From contig JAYWIR010000041.1 of assembly GCA_036172245.1 (NCBI GenBank), positions 1,364,001-1,428,000 of the forward strand: a stretch of DNA of 64,000 nucleotides. The letters run 5' to 3'. The first letter of the stretch is position 1. Every line of letters starts with the position of its first letter. The notes under the pieces were generated by a model. That model had not been told where the DNA came from and did no database searches. It saw nothing but the letters and a program-made list of their open reading frames with translations. A program made the position numbers and the translations under genes. The DNA comes from Raillietiella orientalis. Taxonomy: Eukaryota. This document shows positions 35,320 to 48,522 of the stretch, one piece after another.

Positions 35320-36489
35320 ATGCGACAGCGATTGCAGCATCTTCACCTCTTCTGGATGGTGATGTGCAGCGGCTGCTTACAAGCTGCCGAACTCTCTCGA
35401 AGTGCGGGCGGTGACCCTTCCCCGCACATAGTGGCCCAGTTCTCTATGCATAATGAGAGCGCGTCCTTCACTCACATGGCCCTCGACCCTGCCTATGGAA
35501 CCGTGTACGTTGCAGGGGTCAACCAGCTGCTGGAGCTGACTCCTGACTTGAAGACACTGTCCAGAATAAAGACGGGGCCTGTTCTAGACAGTCCCAAATG
35601 CTACGCTACGGGTTGCAGCTCTCCAGATGTCGACAAAGTGCCTACAGACAACGTGAATAAACTGTTGGTGATCGATCCGGAATATCGGACTTTAATCACG
35701 TGCGGATCAGTGCATCAAGGCGCTTGTCTGAAGTACCACTTGGTGAACATCTCCCTCCCTGCAGAGTTCATCGCCAAGAGCATAGCGGCCAACGATGCGA
35801 ATTCCTCCACGTTCGCCTTCATCGGTCCCGAGCACTACAACAAATGGAGCGAATCCAATGTGCTGTACGTAGGGACCACCTTCACGAACAACGGTGACTA
35901 TCGGCACGACGTTCCCGCCATTTCCAGCCGCAACCTCCTGACCCTGGACTATTCCGAGTATTCGTTCTCGAAGCAATCTTTCTTAAACATAGATGTGAAG
36001 TACCGTGACAATTTTCTCGTGCAGTACGTGTACGGGTTCAGTGCCACTCTGTACACGTATTTCGTGATCGTGCAAAGGCGCTCCCATCTCCCAGGACAAG
36101 AAGAAATAGGGCACGTCACCAGACTGGCAAGGACCTGCATCACGGATGCAAATTATGACAGTTACATGGAGGTGACGCTGCAGTGCCTAGGAACGGGTGG
36201 CACGGATTACAACTTGGTGCAGACTGCCCAAGTCATCCCATCGGGACACAATCTGGCGAGGCTGCTGAACATCGATCCGGGCGAACATGTCCTGATCGCA
36301 GTGTTTTCCCCCAGTGTCGGTCATTCTATGATCCCGCAGAAGCGGTCTGCCGTCTGCGCGTACAGTCTTCGCGACATTGACGCCAAGTTCAACGAGAACA
36401 TACACATGTGCTTCAATGGTAGCATTCAGTACAGGAACTTGGGATACATTTCAGGTCCGATCCTTGATGGAAAGTGCCCTAAAGCAGGG
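35320..36489 (+). CDS. PlexB: Plexin-B coding exon 1: signal peptide and most of the Sema domain
   Basis: Translation contains NVLYVGTTFTNNGDYRHDVPAISSR, IDVKYRDNFLV, VTRLARTCITDANYDSY and ENIHMCFNG...RNLGYISG, which I recognise as arthropod Plexin-B Sema sequence. Acceptor ttttccag ends at 35258. In-frame TGA at 35302-35304 precedes the ATG. Donor GGG|gtgagt at 36490. Confidence 0.96.
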
Positions 36490-38962
36490 GTGAGTTCCTT
36501 CTTTCGATTGTTCCTTCCAAGTCGGATGGTATGGGAATTTATGGGCGCACGGATTCATCCAAGATATTAATTACCTGTTATCAGTTTCGCCACGTTTGTT
36601 GGTGCAGGGAATAATCATCGACTCCATAAGGGCTCGCCAAAGTGCTACGGTTCCCGAAGAAGATGTGGGCACTTCAAAATGGAATGGGAAACTTCGTGTT
36701 TAAGGGCGACGAATTTCATATCACAGTGTAATGAAGCTGTGCGAGGGAAATTCAAAAAGTGGAAGGGCTCTTTTTCGTTTGAAAAAGCTGAAGGAGTTGA
36801 AAGGTCAATGTGACTCTAAAGGTGTACCCTGGATCGTGGGATATGCTCTGCTTTTTGTTGTAACGCTCATGTTGCTTTTTGAGAATTGAGCACTGTGTAG
36901 AATAGAGTAATGCCTAGAATAGAAGCGTGTTATCAAACGCACACTGAATGTATCAGAAGGGTCGGTAAATATTCGAATAATGGATTTTGGTTAAGAAGTG
37001 AAGCTGTGGTTTCATCCTGATGGAAAGCATTCCTCGAAACGACGTGAATAAAGGACCGATGCCGGAAACGCGGTCTGTACCAGAGAGCAGCATTGGATAC
37101 GCCATACATTTCAGTACTTCAGAAGATGGCAAGAAAGTACATAGTGGTGGACAAGAGATCCTTTGCTTCCTGCAAGTGCGATGGTCATTTTCTTCCCGAG
37201 AAATTAAGACGATGATTTTGATTTTGATGAGTTATGATAAGGGGCACTCATAACTGATTACATCGTGCCCCTGCATCGATGAAATGCTGTTTTGCTCCAT
37301 TTTGCATTTTGAGATTGCGTCGAAATTATGGATCCTTCCTTTAGAATCTCTTCGCCCTAGCATTGGAACACGCAATCATTTTGAAAGAGATGCTTTCATG
37401 CCTCGTGCCCGTTGCGAAAGAATGAGCTTGCAACTTCAGGTATGAAAACACAGGTCTCGACGAATGCTCTGCAGCAGAAGTTCAGGGGCGCAAAAAGGAA
37501 CCCCATTCCAAGGATCCAGTGAGGCTTTTTCAAGAACTCCGTGGACGATTTTTCCTTCTGCCTTTATTGAACAAATCGAGGTTTCTTCAGCCTCGGCTGA
37601 AGGATTGCCTCTATTCAAGGTGGTGTCTGTTTGTCCGCTTCTTTGGGAATGAGTTGGGCTGGAGGAGACCTTTGAATTCTTTTGTTGAGAAAGTTCCCTG
37701 CAAAGTGGAAGGGAGGAGGAGACTCATCTAGGAATCTCCATGAAATAGCAGTGTCGAAGAAGAAGGATGGATTGGATGGGAATTCGGTGTTTGCAGTTTT
37801 CGCATGTACGAGGAAGACAGAAAAACAAGTGGGGGCCGCTGATCGTAATGGAACTCAGCGCATCCGTGCCCTTCCGATTCCAAAGTGTGTGTTCACAGAC
37901 CTCTGCGTCGTTCCTTTTTTCATCTTTTATCCATTTAATTGAAATGCTTCCTGTTCATCTCGAGTAGTAATTGTATTTAATCCCGGAGATATCCCCGAGA
38001 AGTCTTGGAGCAGGGAGCTCAACGTGCATATACGATTTGATTACCCTTTCCTTCTCGACGAAACTTTTTTCGAGCCCCACACGGTGTGGCCTTCCATCCG
38101 TAAACCTAAATTATCCATGAATTGGATAAGTATTTGGCGCAATTCCTTTGATGCGATCTCGAGCACAGTCGCATTTACCAAGTGTCAGCATTAGTTTGCT
38201 TACAAATTGGATCACAAAGACGCACGCCTGATTCATCCAATTAGCAGCGATCTCATCCTGTTACTTTTCCATGATTTGTTTGTTTTGTTCGTTTTTTTCT
38301 GTGGGGGGGGGGGGGGACACGGTGGCTTTTCCAACCGCATGCCTGATCGAGAAAGTTGGCTCTTAAACGCTGTTGAACCTTCAATCCTGGTGTTTGCCAT
38401 CCGTCGTGCGAGTGGCTTTCTTTGCCCTCTTTCAGGGAGACGGAAAGTAAGTCTTCAGCTCTGGTTGCTTCCAGTCGGTGTACACATTCGCTCTGCTTAA
38501 CGGCGTCACTTTGCGAGGGACTGCAGACTGCTGCCATCCAATTGGCTGCTTCCTGCATTCACAAATCGCACGTAATAGTCAAAATCCAAACCACTGCTGT
38601 GGGACAGCCTGCATGTGTCCACAGCAGCCGGAATGCGTGTCCAACTTCATTTCGTCTCCAGTGTCTGTTTATTCTCCCTGATTTGCGACGTTCCTTCTGA
38701 GGGAGTTGAAACCAATCTGATGCTTCATATGTTCTCTCCACGCGTTAAGGAAACTGTTGGATGCAAGAAACCAATTACGCACTTTTCTTTTCGAGTGATT
38801 GGTTTGTTCCTGTTTCTGAATGATAATTCTCAACCAACTTTCCTGGTTCCTGGGCACCGGGAATGCATCCGACTTTTGCGAAGAGAGTTTGCTTCCGAGT
38901 CGAGTGGCTGGCTTGTTGCTGCTGTTGCACTAAACTTTGTAACCGGTCTTCGTGATTTCCAG

Positions 38963-39268
38963 AGTACCGGAAATATATTCGACTTTTGTGAAGTTGGCCT
39001 GAAAATATCCGGACCGTCTCCCATCGTCGCCTACGCGACACTCGTCTTTCCCGACACCACAGTAACATCTGTGGCGGTTACGAACACTCAGAAGATTACA
39101 GTTGCCTTCATGGGAACTTCTGACGGGCTTCTTTTGAAAACTGTGCTGGATTCTGAAGCCGGTGCTTACCAGTACGGGGAAATCGTCGTCGATCGGGGAG
39201 CACCGATTCTGTTTGATCTCCTCTTTGATCTTGGCCAGAAGAACCTCTACGCTCTTTCGGAAGCGAAG
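38963..39268 (+). CDS. PlexB: Plexin-B coding exon 2: C-terminal part of the Sema domain
   Basis: tttccag|STGNIFDFCEVGLKISG...VAFMGTSDGLLLK...LYALSEAK|gtatgc. 306 nt, phase 0-0. Confidence 0.95.
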
Positions 39269-40722
39269 GTATGCCAGTTTCTTTGTTCCGCTTGCAAGGT
39301 CAAGCAACGTTTTCCCTTGCCGTGACTGTCCACAGCCTTGAATTGCGTTCAAAGCAGAGTGCGTTGTTTCATCTCCTTGTATCATTAATGAAAAGTGCGT
39401 TTTCTGATCCGATGCAAGATAACGGTCATTCTAGGAAATTCCCAGACTGCCGTCCTCAGACGAACGTTTTGCTTTCGTGAGAGCAGATTGTTCATTCTTC
39501 TGCTCCCCTTCCCGTTTTCGCAATAGGTAAGAGCGTCCAAGGTTTGGGCTGAGGAAGATGAAGTCACTGCCAAACTTTCTGTGGATTTCCAATTGGCCAA
39601 GGCCAGGAATTTAGCCGGAGCGTCATTGCACGACTTATGCTCCTTACCTTCGGCGTCAATCTCTCAATCCGCTAACGAGATCTTCATCTTGTTTTCCTCG
39701 GATCCTACTTTCGTGGATTCGTGGGATGCAACATGGGTCTGTAAAATGAATAGCAAAGAGGAAAGCACCAAACGGAATTCTCCCTGCTGGACTGACTGAT
39801 CGCCATCATGTGGAATGATATTTTGCGGGGATAGGACAAAGTTGCCAACTGGAGTCATAGTTCTACCTTCGTGAAGACCATGCTTCAGTTCCCCTGGATG
39901 AATCCGCTGTTCAGCGTCCGCACCTCCAAACAGTGGAAGGGACAAGAGGCGGGCAGCATCCGAAGATTTCTTCTCAAAAATCATCCAGCCCTCTTTGCCC
40001 CATGTTTCGAATTTGGGATATTCTAAGAAAAGGCTTTCATCCCCTTCAAAGTGCGTTTCTCTTTCCCCCTTACTCCCGATACCGCTTCTCGATGCTCTCG
40101 TTCTCACCTCCTCCGTCCCTCTACGGTAAACGTTTCTTAAAGGTGTCTGTTTCCCCACTTCAGTCAGGGTTGAGTGATCAGTGGCGGCACGTACGCAGCT
40201 CAGTCCGACGATCAGGTTTCATCAGGATGTGCGCATCTTTTCCGCTCGCCCGGATCCTCCAGCCGGTTTTCGGAGGCTCAAGAGGAAGAGTTTTCCCTCT
40301 TCCCCGAAACAAGAATTTCAAGTTTCCCAGAGCTCGGGAAGCCGCCCTCCGCTGAACATCGCCGAAGAGGATGCTTCCTAACAAACGTCAAGAAGGAAAA
40401 CGGGAAAGGTGAGATGAGCCGTCCATTCGAACCGTCGACGTCGAAGACCTCTGTTCGGCTATGAGCTTTCCAACCATGGCCTCGATTTGCGGTCGCTGCA
40501 GTGCATCCTGGGACAGTTAACAGGATGGCTAGATTGCGGAAACAGGTTTCGGAAACTCCCTACTTACTTTCTGTATTTCCTCTGTGCCACTGTTGGCAGT
40601 AAGGGATTTTTTCCCGAACGTCTCCGGGATTGCTGTGTCAGCGCGAAGTATTTTATTACTCGTTTTTTCTGCGACTCCTCTCATGTGTTGCTTATGGCAT
40701 CTTTGCTTTCATGATTTTTCAG

Positions 40723-40823
40723 GTCACCAAGATTCGTACAGAGAAGTGCTCCCTTTATGAGGACTGTGGAAGTTGCTTAGACAGCAAAGATCCATTTTGT
40801 GGTTGGTGTTCTCTCGAGAGAAG
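40723..40823 (+). CDS. PlexB: Plexin-B coding exon 3: first half of PSI domain 1
   Basis: tttttcag|[33 protein letters not shown]. Ends at AG|gcaagt (GC donor), phase 2. Confidence 0.93.
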
Positions 40824-43800
40824 GCAAGTGGTTTCCTATTGTGGTGTACGGCTTTCTATTCTGAGATGTGTACAAAATGCATGCAGCCAAGAAAATGTCA
40901 CAGATGCGCGCGAAGCCCTTTTCTCGCGAAGGATTTGAAGTCTGTCTTTCCATCCCTCCTTACCTTTCGCGTCTTCAGCCGCGGTGGTGTTTTTCGAGCA
41001 GGCGAGTGCTGCTAACGTCTCCACAATGCTGTGCGATGCAAAAATGTCCATCGTGCATTCTGTGCGAACTTCCCGCGCTGGAAGTGCCAGTCGTTTCCAA
41101 AACATCTTAAAGAGACCGAAAATCGAATCTCGTCCCAAAGACTGACATCTCGAAAATCCCGAATACAGGGTTCCTGAGATCTTAACGGCGGATCCTTGGT
41201 ATTTGACCAAGTATTTCCTAAACGCTGGAGGGCTCAGGAAGCGCCACCCCCACCTCCCTGTTCTCTTGAGAGTGTGGTTTTCCAATGAGATGTTTTTGAA
41301 TGGATGACTGCTTTGCTGATGGTGTCTGCGGGATCGAGTTATGGGACGTGCGCATGCGCGTGTTCGTTTTCGAAGTGGTCAATCGTCTCACCGTCCTCTC
41401 ATGGTGCGATCCATTGCATGTCTCTGTGAGCATCCCGTACTGGGGGGGGGAAGTGATCACAATAAAAAGAAATCAAAATAGAAAGGAGTCACTTAATCTT
41501 CGAAGTTTTCAGAACAGTTGCTACGAAGAATACCGTTGTCCTGTGCTCTCGTCTCTGAAGCCTTCGCAGTTTATTCCTGCGCGCCACCATATAATTTCGA
41601 AGCCTTCAAGGTTTTTCGTAGTTTGTTACTTCGCCGAAAGTCTCGGGAAAGTCTGTTGCTTCGTGAGAAGAGTAGCAGGCCTTCTCGGACGGAAAAAAAC
41701 AAAGCACAAAAAATAGAAAGAAGAAAAAAAAAAAAAAAAACAAAGAAAAATAGTGGCAGCAGTATACGCAATCGGAGAAGCCAGAAGTTTAAAGGAGAAG
41801 AAGTCGGAGAAAATTTTTCGCGAAAGTTGAAGCGGTCTCAGGAATGTTCCTGAGACCGCGAAAAAATGGATGTATGGAAGAAAAAAAACAAAAACACAAA
41901 AAAAAGCTTTTAATCAGCATCGGAGAAATGCACTTTCGGTTTTGTTGTGGCGTCTTCCGTTTAACTTCCATCGGTTCATTCAGCAAGCATTTTAGCCTCT
42001 CAGCATCCCTGAGAAAGAATTCATCCGAGGTCCACTGAAGCTAGTTTTGAACAACGCGTCTCGCGTGAAGTGTCTCGCTGCCTGGAAGGTGGTGATCTGT
42101 TTCATCCACGATCCAGCATCCACTTCAGCGATCAGTTCGAAGTGTTGGAAATCCCGATTTCGAAGATTTGGCCGGAGGGTGGCGAGATCGCAGAGAAGAG
42201 GATCGCAGCCATCCGAATCTCAAGGCATGAAAATGTTTGGGCAGCAGCTGGGTCCGGTACACGTGGGCAGACGTCTACCCGATTCAGCCCTTCGTTGACT
42301 AGGAGGCTTTTCTTCTGGAAAATCTCCTTTTGAATGTTTCACGCTAATTTGCAAATGCGTTCTTCTTGCTCGCGCCGTAAAAGTCAGATCTGGGTTCTGA
42401 TTCTCTCATTATATCCGGGATCCTTAGGCGCAGTTCGCGGATTCCCCTGAGAAGACTCCGGCTCCCTAATCACTGCCTTCGGTGCCGAGTCGTCCTTTTT
42501 TAATTAAACTTTCTTCAGTGTTTCCTAGGTTTTCTTTTGACGATGAGCTTATCTTCATTTTGAGAGTGGTGCAGCTCTCTCCGGGAGTTGTGGAGCAAAA
42601 CGCAAAGGGGGGAAGAAGAAGTGCAGACTTTGATTACAACGCTCTTCCTCGCGTTTGCGAGTGCGCATGCGTTTATTGCCTTTCGCGTTCGGATGCAAAT
42701 GCGCTGACGTGTGTGTTCGTTTCCACTTCTTATCGTTGTTGTCGTTACCACTCTCTTAAGAGATGAAACACGTGTCCTACAGAATCGATATCTTGCCCCC
42801 ACCCACCCGAAGTGGGGCTGTTTTGGGTAGGAGTGCTCGCCCCGATTTCTTGTAGAAAGCTCGGTCTTCCTCTTCCGGGTAGCAAGCATCACCTTGACGC
42901 GTCCCTCGAGCCAGTTCTGTGAAGCCCCGTGCGAATCGGGCGGGAGTCGTTCCAGCGAGCTCTTCAGGAGCTCCTCCTCCCGAGTGTGCGGGTAGAGAGT
43001 TCCATTCCTTGCCGGTGCTGTGGTGACGAGATACGGATCCCCTTCTTTACGTTGGGGGAGCAGAAATGCGGAAATGCCGGCATCATTTGGTTTCGGGCCG
43101 GACTCCCCCATGCATGCGAAGGGAAAAAGGCAGAACAAGGCAAAACAAAAATCCCGCGAGCCGCTTCTGTCCCGGAATCCCCTTGGAACGGGAGCACTCC
43201 TCTGCTCGCCCCTCTCGCGCCGCTGTTGCCAAGGCAGCGCTCCTCCCCCTTCCCCACTCGCACAACAATGCGCGCGATCTCCGGTTGCTCGGTTGCGACG
43301 CCTCGTCTTCCGCATTGGAGATCCGAGGATTGTTGGACCGTGGCAACAGAATCCGAGCTCTGCGTAATGACCCCAGCAGAGGTGCGAAATAAATCCACTC
43401 GCCACATTTCGTTGGCGTGCGGTGCACGAAGGAGCAGCGTGTTGCGAAGGCGTAGATCGCGTGGCCCTTTCCAGCCCTCTGGCGGGGGATTAGTTGGCGT
43501 GTTGTTGTTCCGTCCGCTTAAATGATGCACCGTAAGCCCTGAGAGGTAGCAGATAGCTGCGAGCTGTTTTTCCTTTTTTTTTTTTCTTCCTCCATTCGTT
43601 CACGGAGCGGCAACGTCGATGCAAGCTTCCGGTCATCATGTCCGATGTCATCGGGATCGCCGATGACCACCATTCCACGCACCGCGTCCGATTAGGAATT
43701 CCAAATGTCATACTTATCCAGTGATTAGGCCGCGTGTGGCCATCATTCCGCGAAGATCTCGTGGTCTTCAAGCTGCTGAGCGCAGGAAAAAAGCAAGGAA

Positions 43801-46800
43801 AAACAAAAGGAAGTTCGAGCCAGGTCGCACCGTGTGCCCACGCTCATCGAGATGGTTGTCTCTGATACGGCGTTTCTTATGTGCGACCATTACGTTCCGG
43901 AAAAGCGACTTTTGGACGGCCCCGAAACGAACGCGCGTTGTCATCGAAGGTGCCCTCAATCAGCCAGGTTTTTAGCGAGCTTTTTCCCAACCCGGCCGTC
44001 TCTGCTTCGCTCTTGCTTGCATCCAAGCTGCTCTCTTCTTCATCTCTCCCGAAATGCTCCTTGCTGCGCCTCCGATTCCCTCGTGCCTGCTTCGTGACTT
44101 TTTTCGCGTTTCGCTATCCTGCTGTGACCCCAGCGACTGTTGTTGTTGTTGTTGTTTTTTCCGGCCGAGAATTTGATTCTTTTGTTCTTCCTGGGAGATC
44201 GATGTCTCAGATCCCGATACGGCTTTTTATTTTTTTTTTTAAATCCAGCTTGTACATGCCTAGCTTATAGAATATTCCATACCATAACACCTGGTCAGTG
44301 CACTTGTCTTGGGATTTGAACTTCGTGCTGGCAACATTTCGAAAAAGGTCGTGGGAAACCTTTGCGGCTTTATCTGGTTGCTAACAACGTTTCAAACAAC
44401 TTTTTTTTTTTCAAAAGAAAAAAAGAGTAGGAAAGCTTCGAGTTTGTGTTTTCACTTTATTTGATCTCTCGACTTCCTTTAGAAATTCCCAAGAGGAACG
44501 TTTTTATCCTTTCGAACGTCGTCCATTAGTGTCTCCTCGATTGGTTAGCGTTTCTTGGTGGCGTCCACATGCGGTCGGACTCGATTCGCAACTTGCTAAT
44601 CAGCTTCAGTAGATTAAGAGATACGATTGGGCCTCGGAAGAATTAATTTGCAGACCTCCTGCATAAACTACATCCATGACAACGTAAGCTCACTTTCATT
44701 CATTACTCACGTTGCGGAAGAATGTCATCTAACCAAACATTCCTCGCCCTTTTGCACGTAACCTGCGCCTGCGCATTAAGCAGAATGCTTGGCGATTCCC
44801 TTCCATAAAAATATTTCTTTCCATTCACCAAAATTCAAAGGTCGCTTGCGACCCTCCAGCAGTGGCAAAGTTCCCGGAAAGAATGAACTCGATTTAAATG
44901 TACGTTTTTTCTTCTTTAGCGATTGGGACGTTAACGTCATTCATGCGTCACTTGTTTTTTTCCTTCCCATTCTCTTGGGATAGGAGGTAAAAGTTACTTA
45001 CCTTAGTCTAATTTATTTGTTTTTAATTCAGCCCGCGAGGCCCTTTGTTCTCACTGTTTTGCATTCATAAATTTTCCCCTCAGCCCAACCTCTTTTCTTA
45101 CGAGGAGACCAGCAGTCGAAAGACTCTGCTTTGGCGCAAACCAGTTGCAGCAGCAACTTGCCCTCCTCCTGTCTTTCATTTTGTGGGATTCCGCCGTTCT
45201 CCCGCGACGCCCTCCTGTCTGAAAGGGGGATTATTTGGTCCAAGGTTTCCAACCCTTTGCTTGTTTTACGCTGCAGCTCCTGCGTTGGTTTCCGCGATGC
45301 ATTAATTGGGCTTGCGCTTCAATCAGTTGCGACCAGGCGAATCTCGGACGAAGTTGGCAATCCTCTTTTGTGCCCTCCGTCGTGCAACGGCGCTTCTCAC
45401 AGGGCAGGGGTACCACGGCCTTCTGCCGAATCAAAGATTCATTTGCATCACCCACTCTTTTGTCCTTCGTCCAGCTCTGCTTGGTAATTGTGCTTGACAG
45501 TGTTTTTGAACGTAGCGTGGTCTTTCCCACGTGTCGAATCACGAGTGCGCAGCTTCCTTCCGAGAGAGCGTCGACTCCCCGAATTCCGAATGGGTCTGAA
45601 GGCATGTTCGGGGGGGGGGGGATACCGCTTAATGAAAATCATCAGCAGATCCGAAAAATGGTAGTGATGGATTTCGCGAGGCATCTCCGTTTCCAACGGC
45701 CTCTCGAAGATTTTTCGAAGGTTCGTTCGAGATTGCCTGCGCTGGTGCCGAGACGGTGCTGCGCAGATGCGTCCTCGCCTTCCCTCTACATCCGCGGGCA
45801 GGGTGGGTTCGTTTTAAAAAAAATCCTACCGCTTTCTTTGACCCACGTGCAGGCCGTCGGCCATATGTGCTGGTGGTGCGGAGCAGACGCTGAACTGTTG
45901 GCGCTCCAAAAGAGGTCGCGTCCGTTTTGCCCGGGGACAGCGAAGCGGTGCTCAAGAGGGCTTCGCCCGAGTTCCGGGCCAAAGTACTGCTTTCTCGAGA
46001 AATCATCCGAATGCTCTCTGGGCGAACCCTCGCCTTCCGAATGTTCCGGGTACCGATGGCAGTGCCCCCGGCAGTCACCTCTCGTGCGTTCAGGTCGGCA
46101 GTCTCTTCTGTTAGCGCCTTCCATTGAAAACGATAAGGAGGCTGTAATCAGGCAGGCAGCGTCGGCGACGGGAAATGAGTCAGTGGCAGCGATGTTTTCT
46201 GCGGTGTTTCCGGAGTCCTTTGGACGGGTAGCATTACGTCCAATGGGAGGTTCCTCGTTGGACTCGTAGACGGCTTCCTTTGATTTTTAAGCCTCCTAGA
46301 AAAAAAGGAATGAAAAAAAAAAAAAAAAAACAACCCTGCGTTTTCGAAAATAAACAGGTTATCTTTTTATTGCTGTCAATTCGCCGCGACAGTGACATCA
46401 TTAATTCCATTCATTCTTCGAATCTTCAATTACACAAGCTGCAGTTGACTTGTTCTCTCTGCCTTGCCTCCCGATGCTTTCGCTCCCGTGCGAGATCTCT
46501 TCTTGCCTTCCCTGGCGGCATCGTGGGACGGGCGAAGTTCCGAACACACTGCGCGGGGATCGGAGTCAAAGAACCCGAGTCTGCTCCGAACAGGAGGAGG
46601 CCTAATCGTCGTCCCCGAGGACACTCCCGGAGGAGGGGGCGTGGGCCTCTGCCAAAGAAGTGTGCGCGTCGTCCGGCGTTTCTCTTTTTATTTTTCCGCG
46701 GAGCGACTCCGGGAGGCTCAAACCACCCGCTTTCGCCCCGCGAGGTGCTCCAAGCCGCCCCAGCGCTCGTCGGGCTTCGAGGGTGTAGCAGGCGCGCCCG

Positions 46801-48140
46801 AGGTTATCTACGGCGGGGGTGAACCGGAATGCTTCTTCTCCAAACAAAGCACCACTTTCTGTCAAATCAAAGAGCGCGAGAACCGGCGGGTGCTCGCAGT
46901 CATGGGTGTTCATTCCGGGAAAGCCTGTCAAGGACGACTTGCCATTGTTCTTAATTGAATAAGAAAGAAGGATGCTGCGATAAAGCGCAAGCGTTTCATC
47001 CTCTTTACTCCGGAGCATGCGGGGTTAAACAAAATATCATTTTCCCTCTTCCCTTGCCTTTAGCGTGAGCGGCATTTGTAAATATGACGGAGGGGGGATG
47101 CACGCTGGTTCTCCGTCAGATAGCGCCCTGCCTCCGCTGCTCATGATGCGTCTTCACGGGATCTGTACCCACTGTTAGCACCGGCTGCTTGTCCGTCCTC
47201 ATCGCTCAGGGTTCCCGTGCGACCTCTCCCTCCGGGCTTCCATTATTCCGGCGTCTGCATGTTTTTTTTTTTTGTTGTTGTTGTTGTTTTTGTCCCCCCT
47301 CCTCCCCTTCCGCGCGCGTTCCCGTAACGAGCGCTGCCGAGATAGAAGCCAGAAAGTTGGCTTCCATCCCGCCCGCGCGCGCGTTCGTGCGTGGCCGAGG
47401 AGCGGGCGCATCTCGTGTGGTTTTTCGAATCTCCTGTCACCCCGCGCGCGCTGTCTCGGGCTCGAATGCATGCGCGCACATGGAGAGGACTACGCGTGTC
47501 TGGGTGACTCGCCGATCCCCGAGAGGCCGACCTCTTTATCTGTAAGCCGCGTTGCTTCCCCGAGGCGTTTCCCCGGGCTCGCCGCTTTGCAGAGGTGCTT
47601 CGGAAAGTTGGCGACGTTCCGTCGGGAGCCGCCGAGCCGCCTCAGCTCCAGGCGGCACGTACGCCGTTGACTCGCGTTTCTCGCGGCCGGCCGCGCTCGT
47701 CTCTACGCGTCAGGGGCTGCGAGCACGCCCGGCATCCCCTCCCCATCTGAAATGGCTGTGGGTGCTTTTGCTATCTCCCTTCTTGATCAACGCCCTCACC
47801 TTCGGGTGGGCCTTGCCGCCCATCCCTTGCCTAAGGAATTGATTGATCTGCCAGGAAACGATGAATTTCTCCTCCAGATTGCAAAATTATACGCCTTTAA
47901 ATGATATCGGTCCGCGGCGTCCTTGGGTGCACCGTGTGCACCACCGGTTCCTACTCTCGGGTGCAAACACTCGCGAAGCCCTCAATCTTGAGTTTTCCTA
48001 GATGGGGATGATGATGGGAGATTATTTTTTCTGTTCAGACACAGCACAGCAGCTATTATGGACGAAGAAGGTCAGTACGGGTGACCTTAACTTGATACTT
48101 CGGATGAAAAGAAAAAAAAAAAAAAAAAAGTAGAGCTCAC

Positions 48141-48431
48141 GCGGGGAAAAAGCGAGTGGGGCACGCATCCTTCATGTTCGTCCTGAGGGCATGAAGAGGA
48201 TGGACAGTGGGGTGAGGACTTGGAAAAGGCTGGGAAGGTCTTGCTGGGAGGTGCGGCTGTCCCGAGCTTTGCGCAGAGGAGCGAGAATCCGGCTGGTCCA
48301 TTTGCTGCTGCACCATCTCCAAAAACACCTCCACCGTACAGATCCACACTGGATGAACCGGAACTGGGAATTCTGTTTTGACTCATCGTGGCTTCTTGGA
48401 CGAACCTGTCGCCTTGGGAACGCATCCTCCA
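48141..48431 (-). CDS. Candidate exon of an unidentified antisense gene nested in Plexin-B intron 3
   Basis: Pyrimidine tract, ctaac branch point and AG on the minus strand. 291 nt fully open in phase 0 (WRMRSQGDRFVQEATMSQNRIPSSG...CVPHSLFPR). Donor |gtgagc. Confidence 0.4.
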
Positions 48432-48498
48432 CTCGACGGAGGCGTTAGAAAAAGGAAGAAAAGAGCCAACGAAAATGTTCGCTCTTCTGTTACTCCTT

Positions 48499-48522
48499 TA
48501 TATATATATATACATATATATA
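48499..48522. repeat. Imperfect (TA)n microsatellite
   Basis: tatatatatatatacatatatata. Confidence 0.9.

Noticed and set aside
37460..37505. Kinase-like GVPFCAPELL on the minus strand
   Set aside because: No DFG or HRD motif upstream in the same open frame.
45235..46269. 344-aa + strand ORF in plexin intron 3
   Set aside because: Crosses a poly-G run, has no convincing splice sites or domain, and the plexin frame is complete without it.
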